Below are positions 36,849 to 46,743 of a stretch of 64,000 nucleotides of DNA, piece after piece. The stretch comes from an uncultured virus (IMG/VR IMGVR_UViG_3300025128_000024) (Duplodnaviria; Heunggongvirae; Uroviricota; Caudoviricetes): the IMG/VR virus record IMGVR_UViG_3300025128_000024; one strand, 5' to 3'. Position 1 is the stretch's first letter. Each line of letters begins with the position of its first letter. Under the pieces are notes generated by a model. The model saw only the letters and a program-made list of their open reading frames with translations. It had not been told where the DNA came from and searched no databases. The position numbers were made by a program, and so were the translations under genes.

Positions 36849-37868
36849 TTAATCCTCTGGGCAAATGACGAACTTGCCACTCTCTCTTCTTATTATAACA
36901 GCCTCTGGAAGCTCACTCTCTATAAAGAAGTGTGCGCTAGAAGCTGAGAAATGTTTGGCTTTAAAGTTTGCAGCCTCTTGGATATGGTTCTTGTCTCGGA
37001 TCTCCTCTTTTTCTGTGGGATACATTATCAGTGAATCGTACCTGACACCGTGACGATCTAGCCACTCTTCCGTGATGTCTCTATACTTTTCCAGCCTAGC
37101 GGTTACAATTCCACGGCACTTTGTTTTTGGTATTCTGTGATAAAAAGGCTCAACATTTGTTATATAATCTATATATGATTCTTCGTTTATGCACTTGTCG
37201 TATGGAACATTTGGAGATAGAATTCCGTCAAAGTCCAATAGTGCATACTCTATATATGTACAATTAAAAAGATTCCATTCCAATAAATGAGGCGCGTTGA
37301 GTTCTCTACCATAAAAATCTGGCTTAAACTCAGACTCTGGTCTGACATAAACAGAACAAGTGTAGGTATCCTCTGGTATACGTGGCGCAAAGTTTTTCAT
37401 TGCCGTTCCATTGTAAACAGTGTCGTCTACAACTAATAAGCCGCCATCATTCTCTGTATGTTCTAACATTCTTATTCCGCCGAACTTGGTGGCAGCGGAT
37501 AGGAGCTGAGGGGAGTTAACTCTGTCTAGCGAGTACATTGGTAGATTAAGCCACATGGCAATCATACTTGCTGGGAGCAGTCCCGATCTTGGTATACCTA
37601 AGACTCCCCTTAGATTAAGCTTAGCAACTTGGGGGAGCAAGAGATCTCTACAGTCTTTTATAAGCTGTGAGCTTGTTATATATTCCCCAGCCAAGAAAGT
37701 ATTGCTTTCTTTTGCTTTTCTTATTTGTTTTTTTTCGCACTGTTCTTTATACCACAGTCTTTTGTCTGGCGTGGCGGACTGACACCACTGCCAATTTGGT
37801 GGGTCGTAAGTCATTTCCTGTCCAAAAAATTCGCAAAATCCTGCCGTTGCGCATTTGCATTGTTCCAT
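36849..37868 (-). CDS. Phosphoribosyltransferase-HAD fusion protein (339 aa)
   Basis: GIPRSG and LVVDDTVYNG (PRPP-binding) followed by LLDFDGIL, IVTAR, K and FIES HAD motifs; Cys-rich N-terminus. Confidence 0.78.
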   Translation of the reverse strand: MEQCKCATAGFCEFFGQEMTYDPPNWQWCQSATPDKRLWYKEQCEKKQIRKAKESNTFLAGEYITSSQLIKDCRDLLLPQVAKLNLRGVLGIPRSGLLPASMIAMWLNLPMYSLDRVNSPQLLSAATKFGGIRMLEHTENDGGLLVVDDTVYNGTAMKNFAPRIPEDTYTCSVYVRPESEFKPDFYGRELNAPHLLEWNLFNCTYIEYALLDFDGILSPNVPYDKCINEESYIDYITNVEPFYHRIPKTKCRGIVTARLEKYRDITEEWLDRHGVRYDSLIMYPTEKEEIRDKNHIQEAANFKAKHFSASSAHFFIESELPEAVIIRRESGKFVICPED

Positions 37869-37871
37869 AAA

Positions 37872-38240
37872 TTACTCCACAAACATTAAAAACGCAGATC
37901 CTAAATTTCTGTCAAACGTATGAGGCGCTTTGTTTGGAGAGCCTGAGCTACCAGTACCAGAAGGTAAATCACATGGTGAGTCGTCTCCATCGCCATCCGT
38001 GTCGCTTACATATGTAAGGGTTAGTGTGTCACTGTCGGTTATACCTGTTACATGATAGGTGTAGGTTGATACTATCGTACTGCTGCCACCAGCGCCCGCA
38101 GCTCTTTTGTATACAGTAACAACATCCCCAACTTGAACGTTGGCAACTGAAGAGCCATAGTTTATAGTGTAAGCAGGCCCGGAGCCTGAGCAGCTACTAA
38201 CTGCTATGTTTGTATATATCCTTACAGTATTCCTAGCCAT
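37872..38240 (-). CDS. Hypothetical virion protein (122 aa)
   Basis: TAATG-coupled to fibre A; beta-rich, S/G/T-rich. Confidence 0.6.
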   Translation of the reverse strand: MARNTVRIYTNIAVSSCSGSGPAYTINYGSSVANVQVGDVVTVYKRAAGAGGSSTIVSTYTYHVTGITDSDTLTLTYVSDTDGDGDDSPCDLPSGTGSSGSPNKAPHTFDRNLGSAFLMFVE

Positions 38241-41200
38241 TAGTCTGGTAAGTCCTGTCCTATAATAAATCCATCAAATGCAGTACCGGCAGCGTTTGTG
38301 CAAAGAAATCCGAGAACATCTGTGTGTGCAGTTGATGTAGACATGACTGGAACTACGTTTCCAGCCCATCTAACAGTTGCGGCTGTCCCGCCAGTAGCAG
38401 AGTCAACATTAGTCCAAGCCACTGTAGCTGCTGTTTCGCCGCCAGCCACTTGTGTAATTCTCAAGATAAACTTTTGACCTCTTGTTCCATTTAAAAACTC
38501 AACTTTTGTTACATCTGTGTCATCAGTTAATACTACGTTAAAAAGATTACTTTGTCTTAAATCAATACTAATAGTAGCGCCTGAATCATCGTTGGACTCG
38601 CTCAATGCTTTTGGGGAATCATTAGCGTGATGAAATTCATTAATAGTGTGTCCAACTAGTTTAAGTCTGTTAGTGCTTCCATCAAAAGTTAAATTAGCTT
38701 CAGCATCTAGTTCTGTAGTTGTGCTACCAATAGTTACAAGCTCATTAGCGGTTGCGTTATTTATAGCTGTTACAGTACCTGCGGCAGTAGCCCCGTCCGC
38801 AACGTTCAGGAACGATAAAACGTTGGCTTTTGTCATTTCTGTAACGGCGCCATCTGACCCAGCGTTGTTGCCTAACATTCTGGCATCGGTGACGTTTTGA
38901 ATTTTAGCATAAGTGATGGCATCGTCTGCAACCATAGCTGTAGCAACCTGAACTTCGCCAATAGCTCCGGCAGAAGCTGCACCTAGAACCCTGTTTGCGG
39001 TGCCGGTGTGTTGCATTTTAGCATAAGTGATGGCGTCGTCTGCAACCATGGCTGTAGCAACCTGAACTTCTCCAATTGCACCAGCGCTAGCAGCACCTAA
39101 TAATCTGTTATCAGCGGTAGTGTGTTGCATCTTGGCATAGGTAATGCCATCATCTTTGACTCTAAGCGAATCACTGTTAATCTCTATTGTGCTATCATCA
39201 ACACTTACAGCAAAGCTTCTGTTAGCAGAAATATCTCCACCGCCTGTCAATCCATCGCCAGCAGTTAGGGTCACAGAAGTATGATTAATATGCTCATTTG
39301 CTACAAAGTTTGTTAATGCGTCATGATCCGCTAAATTAACAACACTTGCGACATCAGCTTTCTTTACGTTATTACTGTCATCTGCATCAGAGATTAATAG
39401 CTCATCACCTGTAGCTGGACTCCCTAAGTCTGCAGAACCATTAATATCTACTGCGCCACCAATCGTAGCTCCATTAAACTTAAGAGTGCCTGCATCATTA
39501 TAAAGAGCGTTGGTAGTAACACTTGGTACAAATCTGTTTAAGACTATTGACCCGCTAGCGGTGATCGCCCCACTAGCATAAATTGTTCCGCTAGTAGTTA
39601 TGCTTCCATCCCAACCAACATTAAACATTTCCTGCGTGCCGGAATTAAAGTGTATTAAGTCAGCTTCACTTCCAAGATATGGTTGTGCGTATATAGATGG
39701 GTCATCTGGATCTTTAGAATAAACCTGAAGAGCCGCAGAACCAGCAGCGTTTACTAATAAGTCTGCTTGACCAATAGCAAGATGTTTTTCCTCCATATCG
39801 GCCTTGATGATAGTACCACCTGCTCCGGTAGTTGAAGGCTCATCGTTCGCAATGTAAAGCATATTGCTTGCGTGGTCGGAGTCGCCATACCCAGCTTCAA
39901 AACCTAAATATACACAAAAATTGGCTTCTGTTCCACGCCCTTTGTATTGGCCTGCTCCCTTCCCTATTCCAACAGAACCATAATTGTCTGCAACATCAGT
40001 AGAAGTACCACCCATTGCTGATGAACCGATTGCAACTACATATACTTCTGTACCTCCTGCGTCTCCAATATACTGACCGGCGGATTTGCCAATAATAACA
40101 GAATCTTGAACATTAGAAACTTTACCCGCCAATGGGCCAATGATTACATTGCTTGTCCTACTCTCGAACGAAGCGGTTGATTCGCCAGCTTCCCTACCGA
40201 TAATAACATTACTGTGCTGAAGGGTTGTTGACCCAACATTCGCTTCATTTCCAATAGCAATGATGCCGGTTCCTGTAGTCAAGTCTTTCGAGGCATTATA
40301 ACCAATAGCTATATTTCCATCGCCTGTTGTGATATCCTCTAAGGCGGTAGTTCCGACTGCCACATTCTTTAAAGCACTAGCAGTTGTGCTGCTTGGGTCA
40401 TTACCAAGAAATATAGAGTTATTTTCTACTAAACAATCTGAGAGACCATTTATGTCACTGGCTCCGCCTGCCTCTACCCAAGTAAACTTACCAGTTGCTA
40501 AATCATATGACGGCACATAATTATCACTTGGTGTATTGGTTGCAAGTATGTTATTGCCACTTATGGCTACGTTAAACTCTGTGCCTTGTAGTTCTATACC
40601 AGATCCTGCAGTATATGTGGTATTGTCATAATTCCCTGTGTGTATATTTGTACCACCTTGGTCTGCAGTCCAATCTATATGTTCGTTCGCAACAAACCCA
40701 GTTAAAGTGTCGTGATTTAAATTAGTTATTTGAGTCTGAAGGATGCCAGAAATATGATAGCCAGACGCCGGTATAGCCGCTGCATTTGTAGTTATTTGAG
40801 GCTGTAAAACGCCAGAAATATGATAGCCAGACGCCGGTATCGCTGTTGTGTTTGTGGTTATTTGGGGCTGTAAAATACCAGAGATGTGATAACCAGACGC
40901 AGGTATAGCCGTTGTGTTTGTTGATATGTTACTAGTATTGCTTGATATTTGAGGCTGCAAGACTCCAGATATATGATAACCAGAGGCTGGTATGGCAGTT
41001 GTGTTTGTGGTTATTTGAGGCTGCAGCACTCCAGATATATGATAGCCAGAGGCTGGTATTGCCGTGGTGTTAGCCGTTATTTGAGGCTGCAGCACTCCAG
41101 AAATATGGTATCCAGAGTTTGCTATGGTTGAAGTTATTAACCCTCCTACTCCTGATACTTCATGAAGTTCCTCGCTAAAGAATCCAGAGTTTGCAACCCC

Positions 41201-43567
41201 TGAAGCGGTGGCTGCGTCTACATAGGAGACAGATGCTCCACCAATACCGTCTATCTGCACCTGCAAAGCGCCTGATATCGCATAGCCCGAATCTGCGACG
41301 GTAGAAGATATAAGGCCACCAACACCTGAAACCTCATGCAACTCCTCACTAAAAAATCCAGAATGTGCTACACCTGATGCGTTTTCAGCATTAGTGTAGG
41401 CGGTGGTGTAGTCGTACAGATGGCCAGAATGAGCAAGCATTAACCCGCCAACACCTGACACTTCGTGTAGCTCCTCACTGAAAAAGCCAGAGTTTGCGAC
41501 ACCTGAAGCTGTGGCGGCATCCACATAAGAAACAGACGCTCCGCCAATCCCATCTATTTGAACCTGTAGGGCACCTGATATCGCATAGCCCGAATCTGCA
41601 ACAGTAGAAGATATGAGCCCTCCAACACCTGAAACTTCATGTAATTCTTCACTAAAGAATCCAGAGTTAGCAACGCCGGACGCGGTTGCTGCATCGACGT
41701 AAGCTACTGAAGCACCACTGATACCGTCTATTTGAACCTGCAATGCTCCTGAAATTGCGTAGCCGGAATCTGCTACGGTTGAAGGTATTAAGCCAGCAAC
41801 TCCTGAAACCTCATATAGCTCCTCACTAAAAAATCCTGAATTGGCAACGCCTGAAGCAGTAGCTGCATCTACATATGGAACATGGTCGCCCCATCCATAC
41901 GCAGTATTCCAGTTGCTAGAGTTGTCAGTTACGATGCTATAAGATCCACCTGAAAAACCTCTTTTCATAAGACCCTGTGAACTAAAATCTCCATCTACAA
42001 GGACATCGGCGTGGGATGTTTGGGAAGTGAGGTAACCTGCAGAAGAATGATCTCCCCAACTATATGCAGTATCCCAATTGTTTTTGTTGGCAATTAAACC
42101 TCCTACACCAGATATTTCGTGAAGCTCTTCACTAAGAAAACCAGAGTTAGCAACACCAGAAGCGGTAGCTGCATCTACATATGAAATTGATGCCCCGCTA
42201 AGACCATCTATTTGAGATTGCAAAGCGCCTGAGATAGCATATCCAGAGGCTGGTATTGCGGCTGTATTGCTTGTTATGTCTGCTCTAAGCGCACCTGACG
42301 CAGTAGCTACATCAGCGGAAAAGGATGTGACTTGAGTAGTTCCATCAGAAAAACGTATTGTTTCAAAAGAACCGCTCCCAGCAACATCAAGAAGATAGCT
42401 AGGGCTACTTGTGCCAATACCCACTCTATCGTTTGCAGCATCTGTTCTTATAAGATTTGCGTCATTCTCACCTTCAACCTGAAAATCAATATCGTTACCG
42501 CCACCATTGATTATAGCTTTATCATTAGAACCTTCGTCCAGCGAGAGGAAGTTCCGACCGCCAGCATTAAAGTCTATTTGATCGCCCCGGAATCTGATAT
42601 AAGTATTTGAATCCCCGTCATGATAAATATATTGTTTTACGTTAATATCTCCAGTGCCGGTATATCCTGCCGTGCTCTGTGTTGTTCCGTCAGCAAACGA
42701 AATTGTTGGAGTATGTAATTGAACACCACTAATATGGCCTTCTTTTGTTACTTTCGCCAACGTTGTAGAGGAGCTGTCATTCCATCTTTGTAAGTCAGTT
42801 GCCTGAGCTGCATTTCCTTTTACTGTAAATGTAGGACTTGCTGCAGCAACGTTTTGGAATATTATACCATCATCTTGAGCAAAATTAGCGATATTCTGAG
42901 AATTATGTTTTATCCAGAATCCGTTATTATTAGCTACGTAAAATTCACAAGTGCTATCACCTACTGCACCTGCAGAACCTTGTTCAGCAAATAAATAACC
43001 ATAAGTTGGTGCGGAATCACCATCAGCAGTATCCCTCAAACCAAGTTTAAATCTTGGAAACTGTTCATTTTCTAGATGTAGAGAAACAGTCTCGTCATAT
43101 GCATTGTTTATAAAATAATTAAAGAATACACCTGCACCTTGTCTCTCTATAGTTATAGGTGCATTACCGCTTGTTGCAGAGGTGTATTGTATAGTTCCGT
43201 CTGGAAAAGCGAAACCCTCAAAGCTGGAGTCAACACCGCTAACTAATCCCGTTGAATCTAAGAAGACAGCCTTTGGAGCAGGTTGTGTACAGAAGACATT
43301 TGAAACACCAACTAAAGAAATCTTTGAGCCACTATTACTACTAGATATAATGGTGTCTCTACTTAGACTATTGGAGGAGGAGGTGTATATTCCAATACCA
43401 ACTTCATAGTTTCCATCGGGAGATTCTATACAATAATACGTGGAGTTGCCATCGCCTATGGCGGCAGAGAAAGTTGTAGAAGCGTCAATCGTTCCACCAA
43501 GAACTACACTCCCTGTGCCTGTAGTTGTAGTAACTTCCTTTACTCTGTCAGCAAGAATAAAAGCCAT
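38240..43567 (-). CDS. Ser-Gly-rich fibre protein A (1775 aa)
   Basis: N-terminus MAFILADRVKEVTTTTGTG; RVGIGTSSP motifs; SG-repeat shaft; N.AIG..A beta-roll repeats; C-terminal GQKFILRITQ...VRWAG..P..S...TDVLGF tip domain. Confidence 0.82.
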   Translation of the reverse strand: MAFILADRVKEVTTTTGTGSVVLGGTIDASTTFSAAIGDGNSTYYCIESPDGNYEVGIGIYTSSSNSLSRDTIISSSNSGSKISLVGVSNVFCTQPAPKAVFLDSTGLVSGVDSSFEGFAFPDGTIQYTSATSGNAPITIERQGAGVFFNYFINNAYDETVSLHLENEQFPRFKLGLRDTADGDSAPTYGYLFAEQGSAGAVGDSTCEFYVANNNGFWIKHNSQNIANFAQDDGIIFQNVAAASPTFTVKGNAAQATDLQRWNDSSSTTLAKVTKEGHISGVQLHTPTISFADGTTQSTAGYTGTGDINVKQYIYHDGDSNTYIRFRGDQIDFNAGGRNFLSLDEGSNDKAIINGGGNDIDFQVEGENDANLIRTDAANDRVGIGTSSPSYLLDVAGSGSFETIRFSDGTTQVTSFSADVATASGALRADITSNTAAIPASGYAISGALQSQIDGLSGASISYVDAATASGVANSGFLSEELHEISGVGGLIANKNNWDTAYSWGDHSSAGYLTSQTSHADVLVDGDFSSQGLMKRGFSGGSYSIVTDNSSNWNTAYGWGDHVPYVDAATASGVANSGFFSEELYEVSGVAGLIPSTVADSGYAISGALQVQIDGISGASVAYVDAATASGVANSGFFSEELHEVSGVGGLISSTVADSGYAISGALQVQIDGIGGASVSYVDAATASGVANSGFFSEELHEVSGVGGLMLAHSGHLYDYTTAYTNAENASGVAHSGFFSEELHEVSGVGGLISSTVADSGYAISGALQVQIDGIGGASVSYVDAATASGVANSGFFSEELHEVSGVGGLITSTIANSGYHISGVLQPQITANTTAIPASGYHISGVLQPQITTNTTAIPASGYHISGVLQPQISSNTSNISTNTTAIPASGYHISGILQPQITTNTTAIPASGYHISGVLQPQITTNAAAIPASGYHISGILQTQITNLNHDTLTGFVANEHIDWTADQGGTNIHTGNYDNTTYTAGSGIELQGTEFNVAISGNNILATNTPSDNYVPSYDLATGKFTWVEAGGASDINGLSDCLVENNSIFLGNDPSSTTASALKNVAVGTTALEDITTGDGNIAIGYNASKDLTTGTGIIAIGNEANVGSTTLQHSNVIIGREAGESTASFESRTSNVIIGPLAGKVSNVQDSVIIGKSAGQYIGDAGGTEVYVVAIGSSAMGGTSTDVADNYGSVGIGKGAGQYKGRGTEANFCVYLGFEAGYGDSDHASNMLYIANDEPSTTGAGGTIIKADMEEKHLAIGQADLLVNAAGSAALQVYSKDPDDPSIYAQPYLGSEADLIHFNSGTQEMFNVGWDGSITTSGTIYASGAITASGSIVLNRFVPSVTTNALYNDAGTLKFNGATIGGAVDINGSADLGSPATGDELLISDADDSNNVKKADVASVVNLADHDALTNFVANEHINHTSVTLTAGDGLTGGGDISANRSFAVSVDDSTIEINSDSLRVKDDGITYAKMQHTTADNRLLGAASAGAIGEVQVATAMVADDAITYAKMQHTGTANRVLGAASAGAIGEVQVATAMVADDAITYAKIQNVTDARMLGNNAGSDGAVTEMTKANVLSFLNVADGATAAGTVTAINNATANELVTIGSTTTELDAEANLTFDGSTNRLKLVGHTINEFHHANDSPKALSESNDDSGATISIDLRQSNLFNVVLTDDTDVTKVEFLNGTRGQKFILRITQVAGGETAATVAWTNVDSATGGTAATVRWAGNVVPVMSTSTAHTDVLGFLCTNAAGTAFDGFIIGQDLPD
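38902..39140 (-). repeat. 114-bp (38-aa) tandem repeat MQHT...NRxLGAASAGAIGEVQVATAMVADDAITYAK
   Basis: ttttagcataagtgatggc recurs at about 38902 and 39016. Confidence 0.85.
40735..42270 (-). repeat. Fibre A shaft repeats: 22-aa ITTNTTAIPASGYHISGVLQPQ units and longer YVDAATASGVANSGFFSEELHEVSGVGGL units
   Basis: Visible in translation and DNA. Confidence 0.88.
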
Positions 43568-43578
43568 CTTTCACCCCT

Positions 43579-46500
43579 TTAGAATTGTTTGTAAGTTCCT
43601 GCTATATGCATATCGCCATCTTGATCCATGTATGCAACTACATTCCCTGCTTCATTTTTCCATTCTTGTATTCTTTCAGAGGCTGTTTTAGGTATAATTT
43701 CAAAAGCTGCGTCGGCTGCTGGATTAGTTCCAATGTCACCAACAGTAATTCTTTTATTTGTTGAATCTGCTCTGATTGATCCACCAAGATTCATCTCGTT
43801 GGACTCTAGAGTGACAGATGTGCCATCACTAAATCTTAATCCACCAAGAACATTAATATCGCCGGAAACACTGATTGAAGGTCTTTCAGGGGACGCGACG
43901 GCAAAACTAGGCGTGATAGTCATAGCATCCACATGATGCCTCATTGTCATCAGCGTCTTTTCAGCGCTGTCTGCGCCGGTAAATGTAAATGCAACGCCGC
44001 CATCTGGATTATTGCTAAACGAATCATTTTTATTAAATATAGAGGCTACCTTGTCAGTACCAAAGAAGTTAGTTGAATGTGTCAGTGTCATATTGTCAGA
44101 GCCTTGACTGACAATAAACTTAGCGTTTGGAACCTCTAGGAATTTGTCTGACTGGTTTGGCCCCATTATACCTTTGAGTATTGTATAATTATCACCCATA
44201 CCAATGTACAAACTATAATCGGAGGAAGCGTTTCTTGCAATGTTATCCATACCGATAATAATGGATTTGTCTATGCTTGAATTTATTTCATTGTCTGCAG
44301 CGTTGTGACCTATGACAATATTTCTGTCACCACCAACAATCCCAGCTCCAGCATCGGAGCCTATGAAAATATTCCTTGACGCTGCGCTTAAAAGATTACT
44401 ACCTGCTCTGTAGCCTATCGCTATGTTGTCATCGCCAGCACCACGACTGAGCAGATTTAATGCTTGATAACCAAATCCGACATTCCTTGAATTATTGGAG
44501 AGGGAAGAAGCTTCTCTAGATTCAGGAGATTGATATCCAACGAACTGGTTTCCATTTGAGTCACCAAAGACCGTAGAAGAAAGATTGACATCTCTATCAT
44601 TTGGAGATATATTAATCTGATTTCCTTCATCATCTTGGAATATAAGAATTTGAGGAACTGCAGAAGTGTTACCTGCAGTAACAAATATTTTACCAAAACC
44701 AGTATTGTTTGATGAAGTTCTGCCATAGGAGAACTGAGTCATTGATATTTCACCGCCCACGGAAAGATCAGACTGAGGGCTTTGTACTTTGATACCAACA
44801 TTATTATCATCTATAGAGATAATTTTGGTCTTTGCTGAAGAGCTTATCATTGAGAGATCCGCTCTTTCGTCACCTTCATCATAAGTGATATCCAGACCGT
44901 GAGTGGCGCTGTTGTTCCTGCCTAGAAGCTGTAGAGTTGAGTCGTAGCTTGTAGGAGACATAACTCTAACAATAGCATCTCCAGTTGACTGAACGTTTAA
45001 TATTGTGTTTGGCAGTGGATTTAGTGAAGAGTCAGTAATACCTACCAAACCCGGCCCTTTAGTTCTCATTAATGTAATTGCATCTAAAGGCGATGTTGCA
45101 TCATCGTACGCAGATATTGTTAGTCGGTCTTTCTTTTGGCCGCTTAAAACTTCGTCCCGCGCGTCAGTATAGTTTATACCAAAGCCTACTACGTGGTCTA
45201 CACCTCCAGTATTCTTAATTCTAGAAGCTCTTGAAACAAATTTTTGTCCAACCACAACGCCTGAAGTTAAAGATGTATAAGAAACGTCATAGTCCACGCC
45301 GGAACTCAAGAAGTTTACACCAGAGGCCTTGTTTTGAATAGTATCTGTTCCGTCTATATGTCTTTCTCTAGAAAAGTAAACGGTGTTAGAATTGTTTGAG
45401 TGTAAATCGTTCTCAAAGAAAAGGCCAAAGCATCCGCTTTCTGATAATAGAGATAAGCTTTCTCTACCTATAACTCTATCTGTTTGTAGGTGGTTTCCAG
45501 AAGCTATGTTTATACTTATACTGCTATTCCAGCTAGACTGAGAATTTATATTGTGATCTTCTAAGCAATCTGGAGCATTACCCGAAGGGCTGAAAATCCA
45601 CTCGTATCTTCTTCTGTAGTTTGAAGGTGAAGTACCACTAGAAACTATTACAAGACCAGCTCCACTTAGGGTATCATCATCAAGATATCCACAAGGTGTT
45701 GGCTCTCCATCACATACTCCTGAACTAGCAAGGTATAGGGTTCTACACTCATAAACGCAGTCAACAACATTTTCAAACGTTAAAGCTGAAAAAGTATCTA
45801 CATTTAATTTAGAAAAGTGTCCTATCCATTTAAGATCTGGAGTTCCTAGTTTATATTTGTAACCTTCGTGTGGAACTAAGTTTCCAGCTACTGTCACAAG
45901 ACCTTCTGATCCAGATGGAGATGGCGTGCCTACGCCAAGTTTTCCGCCTGAAAAATATATGTCATCATTGATAGAATCAGAAAGCCAAGCTGTTTTCCAA
46001 CCAAAATTTTGCTCACCTAAATCATAAGTTCCCGACAAAGAAGGTGAGATAGCACCAGAAACTTCTAGCGTACTGGATGTATGTAGCTTTTTAGTACCTA
46101 TTCCAAGCTTTATATTGTCTAGTTCCCCATACATAAGCGGAACACCGCCGCCACCCTCTGTTATGTCGGGACAATCGGTGAATGAAGAAACATCATTTAC
46201 GCCAAGGTAAAATTTATTGCTATACTTTTCTCCAATACCGCTTCCGTGATAGTATCCAGCACCATTTCCTATTGCTATATTATTGCTTCCATACTTATTG
46301 CTTTGCAGCGCATTGGCGCCTAATACAGTATTATTATTGCCAAAAGTATTGCCAGCTAAAGATTTGTAGCCTACAGCTGTATTACCACTACCGTAAACAT
46401 TGCAAGTTTCAGAATAAGAGCCAATAGCAGTGTTTTCACCACCATTGAAGTTATTATGTAAAGAATAGTAACCAATAGCTGTATTATCAATGCTTACATA

Positions 46501-46731
46501 TTCTGGCAAGTAAAGCTTGTCTAAAGCGCCATCTCCAGCAATAGTAGTTCTGGTGTCTGGCGTAGAAAAGTTAGCCGTATTGATATTCTTACCTTCTAAG
46601 AACAGGTAAGTAGAGTCAATCATATCAATTAGATTGTGTCTAACATCGTAAGGCGATATCATCATCCTAGAGTTATCTAGAATTTCACTATTGATATTAC
46701 CTACAATAGTTTGCTTTGGCAGAATAGGCAT
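43579..46731 (-). CDS. Fibre-like protein with two beta-roll (YadA-head-like) repeat blocks (1050 aa)
   Basis: NTAIGYYSL, NTAVGYKSL and NIAIGYRAG repeats; N-terminal DNSRMMISPYDVRHNLID. Confidence 0.75.
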   Translation of the reverse strand: MPILPKQTIVGNINSEILDNSRMMISPYDVRHNLIDMIDSTYLFLEGKNINTANFSTPDTRTTIAGDGALDKLYLPEYVSIDNTAIGYYSLHNNFNGGENTAIGSYSETCNVYGSGNTAVGYKSLAGNTFGNNNTVLGANALQSNKYGSNNIAIGNGAGYYHGSGIGEKYSNKFYLGVNDVSSFTDCPDITEGGGGVPLMYGELDNIKLGIGTKKLHTSSTLEVSGAISPSLSGTYDLGEQNFGWKTAWLSDSINDDIYFSGGKLGVGTPSPSGSEGLVTVAGNLVPHEGYKYKLGTPDLKWIGHFSKLNVDTFSALTFENVVDCVYECRTLYLASSGVCDGEPTPCGYLDDDTLSGAGLVIVSSGTSPSNYRRRYEWIFSPSGNAPDCLEDHNINSQSSWNSSISINIASGNHLQTDRVIGRESLSLLSESGCFGLFFENDLHSNNSNTVYFSRERHIDGTDTIQNKASGVNFLSSGVDYDVSYTSLTSGVVVGQKFVSRASRIKNTGGVDHVVGFGINYTDARDEVLSGQKKDRLTISAYDDATSPLDAITLMRTKGPGLVGITDSSLNPLPNTILNVQSTGDAIVRVMSPTSYDSTLQLLGRNNSATHGLDITYDEGDERADLSMISSSAKTKIISIDDNNVGIKVQSPQSDLSVGGEISMTQFSYGRTSSNNTGFGKIFVTAGNTSAVPQILIFQDDEGNQINISPNDRDVNLSSTVFGDSNGNQFVGYQSPESREASSLSNNSRNVGFGYQALNLLSRGAGDDNIAIGYRAGSNLLSAASRNIFIGSDAGAGIVGGDRNIVIGHNAADNEINSSIDKSIIIGMDNIARNASSDYSLYIGMGDNYTILKGIMGPNQSDKFLEVPNAKFIVSQGSDNMTLTHSTNFFGTDKVASIFNKNDSFSNNPDGGVAFTFTGADSAEKTLMTMRHHVDAMTITPSFAVASPERPSISVSGDINVLGGLRFSDGTSVTLESNEMNLGGSIRADSTNKRITVGDIGTNPAADAAFEIIPKTASERIQEWKNEAGNVVAYMDQDGDMHIAGTYKQF

Positions 46732-46743
46732 TTAAAAACCCTT

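Noticed and set aside
28020..42270. Repeats as a possible CRISPR array or DGR template/variable pair
   Set aside because: Repeats are in-frame coding units varying mostly at synonymous sites; no unique spacers, no adenine-specific pattern noticed, and no cas or reverse transcriptase gene in the window
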